Positions 52,064 to 62,544 of a stretch of 64,000 nt of DNA are shown here, piece by piece. The stretch lies in the NCBI GenBank assembly GCA_951406725.2, contig OX597816.1:70742001-70806000 (forward strand). Reading direction: 5' to 3'. A program made the position numbers and the translations under genes. The stretch is from Octopus vulgaris. Its lineage: Eukaryota. Numbering within the stretch: the stretch's first letter is position 1; each line of letters starts with the position of its first letter. The notes beneath the pieces are model-generated. The model was given only the letters and a program-made list of their open reading frames with translations, ran no database searches and had not been told where the DNA came from.

Positions 52064-52162
52064 CTATTCCCTTTCATGGCATATTTGGTTCATAATAGCA
52101 TTCAGTAGATCCAGAAGTTGCAGGTACTCATCTGCTCCATCCATCATACACTTGTCCACAAC
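52064..52162 (-). CDS. RFC4: RFC4 terminal exon (VVDKCMMDGADEYLQLLDLLNAIMNQICHERE*)
   Basis: ttcag acceptor, TAG stop; DGADExLQL motif. Confidence 0.94.
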   Translation of the reverse strand, partial: VVDKCMMDGADEYLQLLDLLNAIMNQICHERE

Positions 52163-52204
52163 CTGAAATAAAAACGAAACAAATGAGCTAATAATAATAA
52201 TAAT

Positions 52205-52776
52205 AATCGTCGATGTCGTCGTTTAACATCCATTTCCCATGCTAGCATAGGTTGGAAGGTTCAACCGGGGTCTTGGAAGCCAGGAGGCTCCACCAGGCTC
52301 CAGTCTGATCTGGCAGTATTTCTACAGCTGGATGCCCTTCCTAATGCCAAACATTCTGTGAGTGTAGTGGGTGCCTTTTATGTGCCATCAGCACAGGTGC
52401 CAGAGGAGGCTGGCAACATCCACAATTGGTTGGTGCTCTTTACGTGCCACCAGCATGGATGCCAGTCAAGGCAGTGCTGGCATCGGTCACGTTCGGGTAG
52501 TGCTTTTTACATGCTACCGTCACGGGTATCACAACTACAATCTCCATTTGACTTCTATTTTGATGTTGATGTACTTGACTCAATAGGTCTCCTCAAGCAC
52601 TGCAGGTTACCCTACGATCCAAGGTAAGCACAGCAGGCCATCCTGCAAGCCATGAACTCACTTCATTTGTTAGGTCTTCGCAGTCACAGCATATCTCCAG
52701 AGGTCTTGGCCTTTCGTCATTGCATCTGTGAGGCCCAACGTTCGAAGGTCATGCTTGACCACCCCATCCCATGTCT
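52205..52776 (-). mobile_element. 5'-truncated RTE LINE: ORF2 end plus repeat-bearing 3' UTR
   Basis: TWDGVVKHDLRTLGLTDAMTKGQDLWRYAV followed by the abundant GGCACGTAAAAAGCACC...(ATG)n sequence. Further copies near 1341, 8205, 11760, 26970, 28255, 30100, 34270, 42095, 44730, 51150, 54230, 55325, 60912, 62545. Confidence 0.8.
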
Positions 52777-54989
52777 ATAAAATAGGAAAGGAGACAGACC
52801 TGGAAGAGGGAGTGTATGTCACTGACTTTGACAAATCTAACTGATTGATTGAGAGACCAAACAATTAATCAAACAATTGATTAATTAGTTGGTTGAATGT
52901 CTAACTAGTTGACGAATAACAATTCTTGCTAATTTTGGTGTGAGGCCAGTCATTTTAGAGGTAAGTGAAAATTGATTACACTAACCCCAATATGAGACTG
53001 GTACTTTATTTTATTGATCTCAAAGGGCTGAAATGCAAAGTTGACTTCAGTGGAATCTGAACTCAGAACGTAAAAAGCCAGAAGAAATGGCACCACACAT
53101 TTTGTCCAGCATGCTAACAATTCTGCCAACCTAATAATGATGATGATGATAATGAATCCTTCCAACTAAAGGCACAAGGCCTGAAATTTCAGGGGAGAGG
53201 ACTAGTCGATTACATTGACCCCAGTGTTTCACTGGTACTTATTTAATCAACTCCGAAAGGATGAAAGGCAAAGCCAACCTCGGCAGAATTTGCAATCAGA
53301 ACATTGCGACAGACGACATACTGCTAAGCATTTCGTCTGGTGTGCTAACAATTCTGCCAGCTTGCCACCTTAATATTAATAATAATAATCCTTTGTACTA
53401 TAGGCACAAGGCCTGAAATTTGGAGGAGGGGGATAATCGATTACATCAACCCCAGTGTTTTACTGGTACTTAATTTATCGACCACGTAAGGATGAAAGGC
53501 AAAGTCAAACTCGGCAGAATTTAAACTCACAATGTTGTGACAGGCGAAATACTGCTAAGCAGTTCTGGCAGCTTGCCACCCTAATAATAATAATAATAAT
53601 AATAATTATAATTACCATTTTAAATTTTTGCCACAAGGGCAACTTGGGGGAAGGTGGGGATGAGTCGACTACATCGACCCCAGTGCATAACTGGTACTTA
53701 TTCTATTGACCCTGAAAAGATGAACGGTAAAGTCGGCCTCGGCGGAATCTGAACTCAGAACATAGTGAATACCTATTTCTTTACTGCCCACAAGGAGCTA
53801 CACACAGAGGGGACAAACAAGGACAGACAAACGGATGAAGTCGATTATATCGACCCCTGTTCGTAGCTGGTATTTATTTAATCGACCCCAAAAGGGTGAA
53901 GGGCAAAGTCGACCTCGGTGGAATTTGAACACAGAATGTAGCGGCAGACGAAATACCGCTAAGCATTTTGCCCGGCATGCTAACAATTCTGCCAACTCGC
54001 CTTTGACATAAGGTATAACATGTACTTATTTGAATATTATAATTAGCAATATTTCAACAACATTTAAGGCAGTTTGCTGGCAGAATTGTTAGCACACTGG
54101 GCAAAATGCCTTAAGCATTTTGCTGTTGAGTTCAAGTTTTACGAAGGTTGACCTTTCATCCTTTTGGGTGTCAATATTAGCTTACATCCTCCCCCAAACT
54201 TGCTGGCCTTGAGCCAAAATTTGAAACAACGCCAACCACTCTGTGAGTGTAGTGGGTGCTTTTTATGTGCCACTGGCACAGGGGCCAGAGGAAGCTGGCA
54301 ACGGCCACTATCGGTTGGCATGTATAAAGCACCAACTGATCGTGGACGTTGCCAGCCTCCCCTGTGCCGGTGGTATGTAAAAAGCACCCACTACACTCAC
54401 GGAGTGGTTGGCATTAGGAAGGGCTTCCAGCTGTAGAAACATTGCCAGATCAGACTGGAGCCTGTTGTAGCCTTCTGGCTTCCCAGACCCCGGTCGAACC
54501 GTCCAACCCATGCTAGCATGGAAAATGAACATTAAACGATGATGATACTTGAACAACATTTATGGATGGGTTTCCCATAAGTTGTTGGTGCACATGAGAT
54601 GATGATGACGACGACGATGATATCAATGATGTTATTGTTGCTTTTAGCCCAAGGTGGCCTGATAGAGCAGGCTTCTGAACCAAAGCATTGCAACCACAAC
54701 CATCTTCTCATGGTTTTTCAGGCATAGTTTGCTCCTAACTCTATTATCTAATGTGTTCCTTAAGATGGTACAAGAGTGATTACAGAGTGAGATTTAACTG
54801 CTATTTCTAGCAGGCTGAACAACCCTGTAAAAGCTTCCGCATTGGATTAATCCATCTTTCATGCTAATTAACATTATACACCCAATTAGTCATGGCTGCA
54901 GTGAGATTCTGGCAGCTTGCCAGAGAACAAGGGCTTCAGGGTTAGGGTTAAACTTCAGATGCACAGAATGTAGGAGTAGCAAAAGAGGT

Positions 54990-55310
54990 AAGCAAGAACT
55001 GCACAGTTAGGGTGCTGCTACGTGTAATGGATAGCTTCTGTTACTTGAATGATCTAATTAGTGTCAGGAATAGTTCTGATGAAAATATAATAGCTAACAT
55101 AAATAAGGATGGAGAGGAGGAAGTTTAAGGATTTTCCCTTCTACTGTCAACGAATCTCTCTCTCTCATTCTTCCTCTCTGTAAAAAAGCAGATTATGTGA
55201 AACATAATGAAGCATATGTAAAAAAAGTGTGATGTTACACTGTACTAAAACATAGACACCAATATGCTAGAATGGGGAGAAATGCAATGAGTATGACTTA
55301 CAACATGCAT
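54990..55310 (+). pseudogene. Highly decayed RTE-type reverse transcriptase fragment
   Basis: VMDSFCYLNDLIS and later VKxVMLH remnants. Confidence 0.5.
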
Positions 55311-56334
55311 AGTGTTAACTAACAAGACAGACAAGAAAATCTAGACAGACTGGCTCCCGTGCCGGTGGCATGTAAAAAGCACTATCTGAACGTGATCGAT
55401 GCTAGGCCCACCTGACTGGCTCCTGTGTCGGTGGCACATAAAAAGCACCCAATACACTCTCGGTGTGGTTGATGTTAGGAAGGGCATCCAGCTGTAGAAA
55501 CATTGCCAGATCAGATTGGAGCCTGATGTAGCCACTGTCTTTCTAGACCTCGGTGAAACCGTCCAACCCATGCCAGCATGGAAAACGAACGTAAAACGAT
55601 GATGATGATGGCTTGTAAGAAATAGATAAACCTTCCTCAAATCACTTAAATGGGTGTCTGTATATATGTGCTGGTGACACATAAAATGCACCCAGCACAC
55701 TCTTAAGTGGTTGTCATTAGGAAGGGTATCTAGCCACAGAAACCATGCCATAACAGACAACTGAAATCTGGACAGCTCCATGGCAAACTGACCAACCCGT
55801 ATCAGCAAGGAAAACAGATGTTAAACGATGATGGTGATGATGTATATATGTGAACCTTGTGTAATAAAGTGCTTCGGTCAGCATTATAAATCCCAACATC
55901 TAGATTAGTGGTTCTCAACCATTATTTCGGTGCAGGCATGGATGTATGGCTAGGAAGATTGCTTTTCAACTATATGGTTCCGGGTTCAGTCCCACTGCAT
56001 GGCACCTTGGGCAAGTGTCTTCTACTATAGCCTCAGGCTATCCGAAGCCTTGTGATTGAATTTGGGAGGTGGGGGTTCCTGTCGTATGTGTACATGTATA
56101 TGAAAGTACGTGTACCTCCTAACAGATATGAGGGGCCCCTTTGTTTTCTCTTTTACTCAGTGAGGAGGGTTAGCGTTAGGGTCCGCATAGCCATTACATA
56201 TCTAAAAATTCCTCTCGTATTTTTGTGGTTAAATATTATTAGAAATTGTATAAAAAAGGTGTTTAAATATTTTGAGCACTGAAGAAATACAACCAGTTTA
56301 TTGCACATAAATTTTAACAACAAAATCTTATATG

Positions 56335-56837
56335 TACATTATTTACATTCAATGGATATTTGTCCTCATCTTTGTTGTTAACATTTCGGCTGATATACCC
56401 TCCAGCCTTCTTCAGGTGTCTTGGGGAAATTTCAAACCTGGGTTCTCGTTCCTAAGGTATTTTTCGATGTTATCATCATCATTATTATTATTATTATTGT
56501 TAGTATTCAGGTCCCTGCTTGGAATCAAACTCAGAATCTTGGGGTTAGTAGCCTGCACTCTTAACCACTATGCCATATGCCTGTGGGCATTTGGCATAGT
56601 GGTTCGATTCCAAGCAGTGACCTGAACACTAACAAAAATAATAATAATAATATTAATAATAACATCGAAAAGTATCTTAGGAATGAGAACCCAGGTTCGA
56701 AATTTCCCCAAGACACCTGAAGAAGGCTGGAGGGTATATCAACCGAAATGTTGTGTTAACAACAAACATGATGAGGACAAATATCTGTCAAATATAAATA
56801 ATGTAAATAATTTCTCATCTCTTAAATATAGAACTGT
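56335..56837. mobile_element. Palindromic head-to-head dimer of a tRNA-headed, hammerhead-containing short retroelement
   Basis: Arms 56335-~56580 (-) and ~56585-56805 (+) plus a ~30 bp tail; 13-bp direct repeat AAAATCTTATATG at 56322-56334 and 56838-56850. Confidence 0.8.
56712..56757 (+). ncRNA. Minimal type I hammerhead ribozyme motif
   Basis: GACAC-CTGAAGA-A-GGCTG(10 nt loop)CAACC-GAAA-TG-TT-GTGTT; stem II is perfect (GGCTG/CAGCC) in the sister copies at 56380-56420 (-) and 50791-50835. Confidence 0.7.
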
Positions 56838-57167
56838 AAAATCTTATATGGCCCAACAAGGGCCATGCGGACCTCAGTTGCGAACCACTGATCTAGATAG
56901 TCAGGCTGCTGCTGGAAAAATAACTTGTAATCAATGTGGTATGACTTGGAAATCCCTTGCAAGCTTTAAGAGCCAGATGAGACATCATGTGTGATAAGGA
57001 AACCAACAAAGAACAAAGCGTTTCTTAGAATGAATTGAGTTTAAGAGGTGGACTTATTTGGTCACAAGTTGACCTCCACCGCATGTGTGTGTGTGTGTGT
57101 GTATTTGGGTATTTCTATCTACTTACAAATGAAACAAACAAGATACTAATAAATAATGCACACTTAC

Positions 57168-57284
57168 CGCCATCTTTTCTCCAATGACACATTTCTGCTT
57201 GTCGCCGAGTTCTTCAGAAAACATGATGAGGTCATGCAGCTGGCAGACAATTTGCAAACCGGAATGGCCATTACAGATAATCTC
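57168..57284 (-). CDS. RFC4: RFC4 exon (EIICNGHSGLQIVCQLHDLIMFSEELGDKQKCVIGEKMA)
   Basis: cgcag/gtaagt, 117 bp; QLHD and DKQK motifs. Confidence 0.93.
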
Positions 57285-57612
57285 CTGCGTAAATTAACAG
57301 TGAGTATTATATTGCTTACTTGGTTCATGATGAAGGTGGTGGTGGTGATGATGGTGATGATGATGAGGTTGCATGTAGATGAGGATAAACTTAAATTTGA
57401 GAAGCAACAAAATGAACAATTGGTAGCATAAAAGAAGATGAGAATTATTTCTAATTTAGGCACAAGACTAGCAATTTTGAGGAGAGGGACCAAGTGGATT
57501 ACACTGACTTAAGTACTTGACTAGTACTTTATTTTATTGACCATGAAAGGATAAAAGTCAAAGTTGATCGTGGCAATATTTGAACACAGAATGTAAAGAA
57601 CCAGAAGAATTA

Positions 57613-58268
57613 CAGGTTGTCATTGACTTATGACCAATTGACTTTATGACAATTGGTGCGCCAGCAATACTAAACACTCCAGTTGAAATCTAATGGGTTT
57701 AATTTCTTAGAAATCAATCTGTCTACGGATGATGTCAGCTAACAAACGCTTCTCCTAGGTTTAGTTATCAATCACCACTGTGCTTATTCCGAGTGCTGGA
57801 TGAATATCCTGTTGGGAGACATTGAGGCAGCCTCATATTTGTTAATAAGATGACTGTTTGAGACTCCGACATTTTTTGACTAATGCCAGTATAATAGTAT
57901 TGGGTCGTCCAGAAAGTTCGTGCCGATTTTTAAAGGAAAGAAAAAGGTCAATAAATACTTACCATTACATTTTTAATCAACCAAATATGAACCATTTTGA
58001 AGCACAATGCGTCTCCATCTTTCCTTTAACTTGAAAATACCTTCTTCCCAGAATTAAGGTGCCTGGGATGGTAAGTCGAAAGGTAAGTTACTATAAATTG
58101 GCACGAACTTTCCGGACAACCCAATATAATACAGAATGCTGTGAGTAACTTTTACCTGAAAATGTACCTTAAGAATGTAAAAATATAGAACAAAGTCACG
58201 TAGGACTACAGGCCGACTTACGACCAGTCAGTCGGAACCAATTGTGGTCGTAAGTCAACGATGACCTG
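57613..58268. mobile_element. Tc1/pogo-type MITE hosting the mariner MITE
   Basis: TIRs CAGGTTGTCATTGACTTATGACC / GGTCGTAAGTCAACGATGACCTG, TA on both sides. Confidence 0.75.
57900..58124 (-). mobile_element. Mariner-derived MITE (shorter derivative of 61384-61944)
   Basis: Same TIRs, TA TSDs. Confidence 0.85.
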
Positions 58269-59125
58269 TACAGCTCAGTATTTTGTCTGAAATACTAATG
58301 ATTCTGTAAGCTCACCACCTTAATAATTCTTTCTACTGAAGACATAAAACCTGGAATCATTCATTATATCAGCCACTTTGCTCAACTAGTACCCATTTTA
58401 TTGATCCTAAAAGGATAAAAGACAAAGTTGACTTCAGCAGAAATTAAGAAATTCCGCAAAGCACTTCAATAATAATAACAATTCTTCCAAATTTTGGCAT
58501 AAGGCCAGCTAGTTTGAAGAGATGGACAAGTCAGTTACATCAACCCAGTACAGGACTGGTACTCATTATTTTATCAACCTCCAAAGGATGAAAGTCAAGG
58601 CTGACTTCAACAGAATTTGAAAACAGAACATTAAGAGCTGGAAGAAAAGCCGCACAACATTTTGTCCAGTATGTTAATGGATTCAACTAGCACACCTACT
58701 TAGTAATAATAATAACCCCTTTTCTACTAAAGACTTTAAGGCATGAAAATTTGGTAGTGGTGGCCAAGTCAGTTACATCACCCCCAGTACTTATCTGGTG
58801 CTTAATTTATCAACCTCAAAAGGATGAAAGGCAAAGTCAACCTCAGTGGATAGTCAATTACATTGACTCCAGCACATCTCTGGTACTTCATTTTACCAAC
58901 CTCAAATGAATGGAAAGCAAAGTTGTCTCAGCGGTACCTGAATGCAGAATGTAGGGTGTTGGAAGATAGAAGAATGCTGCTAAGCATTTTGTCCGACGCT
59001 CAAACAATTCTATTATGTGTTATTGGCAGTATGGCTTGCTCTGTTTATTAAAACACTGAATGGTCATTTAGTTAGCTGAATAATGAGTAGGAATACACAT
59101 TGTAAATTCAACTCTCAGTTTATAA

Positions 59126-59760
59126 AGTTGTCGGCTGTCAATCTACTCCTCATTTCAAGCATTGAATGACAATATAAGTCTTCAAAAAGACAGTTGCTCC
59201 CATAAATACCAAAATAAAATTTGGGATTTATGGAGGTTCAAAGTTGGGAACAAAAACAGGACAGTGGAGACATACAAGGAAACCAAATGAAAACAAACAT
59301 GGAGGGTTGTTAGACCAGAACGAGGGTAAAATAGCAAATGCTGGAGAAATATTTTCTTTGAAAAGAGAAAAGGCAGAAAAGAAGGACAAGGTGCATTTTA
59401 TCTCTCTTCTATCTTTTCTCTTTGCAAAGAAAATATTTTTCCAGCGTATGCTATTTTACCCTCATTCTGGTCTAACGACCTTCCATGTTTATTTCATTTG
59501 GTTTCCTTGTATGTCTCCACTGTCCTGTTTTTGTTCCCAACTTTGACCATCCATAAATCCAAAATTATATTTTGGTATTTATAGGAGCAACTGTCTTCGA
59601 AGACTCATATTGTCGCTCAGTGCTCAAAATGAGAAGTATTTAGACAGCTGACAACTGATGAAGGGTTATTCTTTGTATTACTTGTCCTATTTTCCATTTG
59701 TTTCTCTTGTTGTTTGCATATTTCATGCTGTTTACTGTTGGTGACATCCTGTACCCATAT
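59126..59760. repeat. Long inverted repeat (~245 bp arms, 40 bp spacer) with a one-sided tail
   Basis: 59126-59372 is the diverged reverse complement of 59413-59656; tail runs into TA-rich sequence. Confidence 0.85.
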
Positions 59761-59878
59761 ATGCATATGTATTATATATATGTGTGTGTATGTATATATT
59801 ATTATTTGATTGAATGCCACTCATCCATTTCCAAGTAAGTTTATTGTGTGTGTGTTTGTGTGTGCGTGTATTGCTTAC

Positions 59879-59959
59879 CTTTAATGCTAAGTTAAGTTTA
59901 TCATATGAATCTGAGTGGCAGACATCGAGTATGTTGCGGATAACATCTTCTGGAACAAT
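59879..59959 (-). CDS. RFC4: RFC4 exon (IVPEDVIRNILDVCHSDSYDKLNLALK)
   Basis: ttcag/gtaagc, 81 bp, phase 0. Confidence 0.93.
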
Positions 59960-60166
59960 CTGAAAAAAAATCAAGAACATAATAAAAATGGATTCAAATT
60001 TTGGCACAAGCCTAGCAATTTTGGGGGAAGACGATAAGTCAATTATGGCAACAACATTGCTCAAATGATAGTTATTTTACTGACGATGCAGAGTTGACAT
60101 GGCAGTATTTGAGCCACAAGAAATTCCACAAAGCATTCTGACTGATGCACCACTTTACCATAATAA

Positions 60167-60380
60167 TAACAAGAGTGCTCAGAGAGCACAAACCTACACC
60201 AAGGCAACAACAATGTCCTCTCAACGATTAGCTGGAAATGATTTCTAAAAGGAGAATATCGACTGCTGTCACAAATGAGAATACTATAAATGAACCTGAC
60301 CGCTCTCAAAAATTAAGTAAAAAAACCCAGAAAAATAATCCTGAATCCTTGTCCGGTACCGGATCAATCCCAAAATTTTG
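60167..60380 (-). mobile_element. Helentron/HINE-like terminus
   Basis: AACAAGA-GTGCTC-AGA-GAGCAC-AAACCTACACCAAGGC: terminal hairpin plus subterminal motif. Confidence 0.4.
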
Positions 60381-61383
60381 ACTTATTGAATACAGTTCCT
60401 TCTATCACCTGAAACTACTTATTTTTGAAGCGGCTAAACTATTTTACAGAAGCCTTTAGTCAGTAAAACAGCAAATCTGCTGTTTGTAAGGTAAATATAT
60501 TATTTTCCAATTAAATACTTGTTGATATGCAGCAATTTCGAAATTTACAAAACAAATGAAAAAAGTCATGCAAACATTCTTTATTGCAATTAAAAATTCA
60601 CCTGTACTTCTCATTTACCACTTTGTTTATGTACAACCAAGTTTTGGCCAAGATATTTCACTGCAATTTTATGTTTATAAAGAAGACAAAATTATTAAAC
60701 AAGAAACAAATTCCCTTTGAAATTCATAGTCTGTTACAAATATAGCCAACATATAGACATATATTCACAAATGTGAGAGTTTATTGAGTTTAACTGATGC
60801 GTTAGAAACAGCAGCCAAATTTTCTTGTCAGAAAGACACATTATGATGTGACAAATGATTATGTAGAGGCTTCCTTGTTGACTCATTAGCCTTTTAATAT
60901 TTAAATTGGCCATCATCATCGTTTAACATCCGCCATCCATGCTAGCATTGGTTGGATAATTTTGACTGTAGGCTGGTGAACCAGACGGCCGCACAAGGCT
61001 CCAATCTTGATCTGGCAGAATTTCTACAGCTGGATGCCCTTCCTAACGCCAACCACTCCGAGGGAGTAGTGGGTGCTTTTTACATGCCACCGGCACGGTG
61101 TCAGTCAGGCGGTACTGACAATGATCTCACTCGAATCTTTTTACACATACCACCGGCACAGGTGCCAGTAAGGTGACGTTAGTAACGATCATGCTTGAAT
61201 GGTGCCCTTTTATGTGCCATCGGCACGGAGCCAGTTGGCTGCTCTGGCAACGATCACGCTCAGATGGTGCTTTTGGCACCCTACTAGCATGGCCATATCC
61301 AGTCCAAATATTAAACCTGTTTTATTTTCAAACCAGCCAGATCTGGCCTCTAACATCTACCCCACAATGTCATTCTAAAAATA

Positions 61384-61944
61384 TTGGGTTGTCTGGAAAG
61401 TTCTTGCCGATTTTTAAAGGAAAGAAAAAGGTCAATAAATACTTGCCATTACATTTTTAATCAACTAAATATGAACCATTTTGCTGCACAATGCGTCTCC
61501 ATCTTTCCTTTAACTTGAAAATACCCTCTTCCCAGAATTGAGGTGGTTTCATGGCAAAGAATTCATCAAGGTATCTTTTTACATCATCCAAGAAATTGAA
61601 ATTTTTACCGTTAAGACTATTCTACAGAGACCTGAATAAGTGGAAATCCGAAGGAGCAATATCTGGTGAATATGGAGGGTGGGGTAACACATCCCAGTAG
61701 AGCTGCAGCAATTTTTGTCTGGTTCCCAAAGCATCAAGTGCCAAAAATGAACTTATCTTCCATTTTAAAGGGTTACAGAATTAACACAGGTTATAGGAAC
61801 ATAAATCTTCTTCCATGAAAAGATAGCTTAAACTGTGCTCAAATGGAGGTGTAGTCAAATCCTATTTTATAGACTCAACCATGTTCTAAAATAAGTCGAA
61901 AGGTAAGCTACCATAAATCGGCACAAACTTTCCAGACAACCCAA
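61384..61944 (-). mobile_element. Internally deleted mariner element
   Basis: ~30 bp TIRs TTGGGTTGTCTGGAAAGTT.., TA TSDs, YSPDIAPSDFHLFRSL on the - strand. Confidence 0.9.
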
Positions 61945-62144
61945 TATACAACTGCTGTATGATTAAAATTTTGAAGCTATGAGATAATACATGATCAATT
62001 CAAAACAATGGGAATAAATAAGCATCACATTTGGCAGAGAAATTTGAACGATAAAGGGTTAAATACATACTAAAACAACAACAGCAACAATATGGCAAGA
62101 TTTGAAAGAGATAAAAAGATGAAGAAATGGAAATGATAACTTAC

Positions 62145-62465
62145 TCCAGCCACTTCCAGAATGTCTTGCTTGGTGATCTGTTCCTCTCCTTTTAATCGTG
62201 ACACACTCTGAAGAAGTGTAATAGCACGTCTTAAATCTCCCTCAGATACCTGTATTAATGCTTGCAAAGCATCTTCTTTACAGACCACTTGTTCTTTCTT
62301 AGATATGTCTTGTAATCGTTTCAACAATATTTCTAAAGTGAGAGGTTTGAAGCGGAACTTGGCACACCGGGAAGTGATTGGATCAATAATTCTGCTCACA
62401 TAGTTACAGATCAAACAAAACCGGGTGGTTTTTGATTCTTTCTCCATGGTTCGTCGCAATGCCGT
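62145..62465 (-). CDS. RFC4: Replication factor C subunit 4 exon ([42 protein letters not shown]...[13 protein letters not shown]...EVAG)
   Basis: cctag acceptor, gtaagt donor, 321 bp; ALRRTME, SRC and GDLR clamp-loader motifs; upstream exons lie beyond the window end. Confidence 0.96.
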
Positions 62466-62544
62466 CTAGGAACACAAATAGAAATTAAACAAAATAATAA
62501 AGGAGTTGCTGATATTAACACTATGTTCATCTTCATCATCATTA

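Larger units (their letters stand above)
55906..56890. mobile_element. hAT-type MITE with a nested SINE and the nested hammerhead dimer
   Basis: TIRs TAGTGGTTCTCAAC / GTTGCGAACCACTG; perfect 8-bp TSD ATCTAGAT (55898, 56891). Confidence 0.85.

Noticed and set aside
59575-59670. Hammerhead within the 59 kb inverted repeat (GAGCA...TGCTC-[G]AAA and a downstream CTGATGA)
   Set aside because: Core halves are in the wrong order or lack matching stems I and III; no convincing fold by eye.
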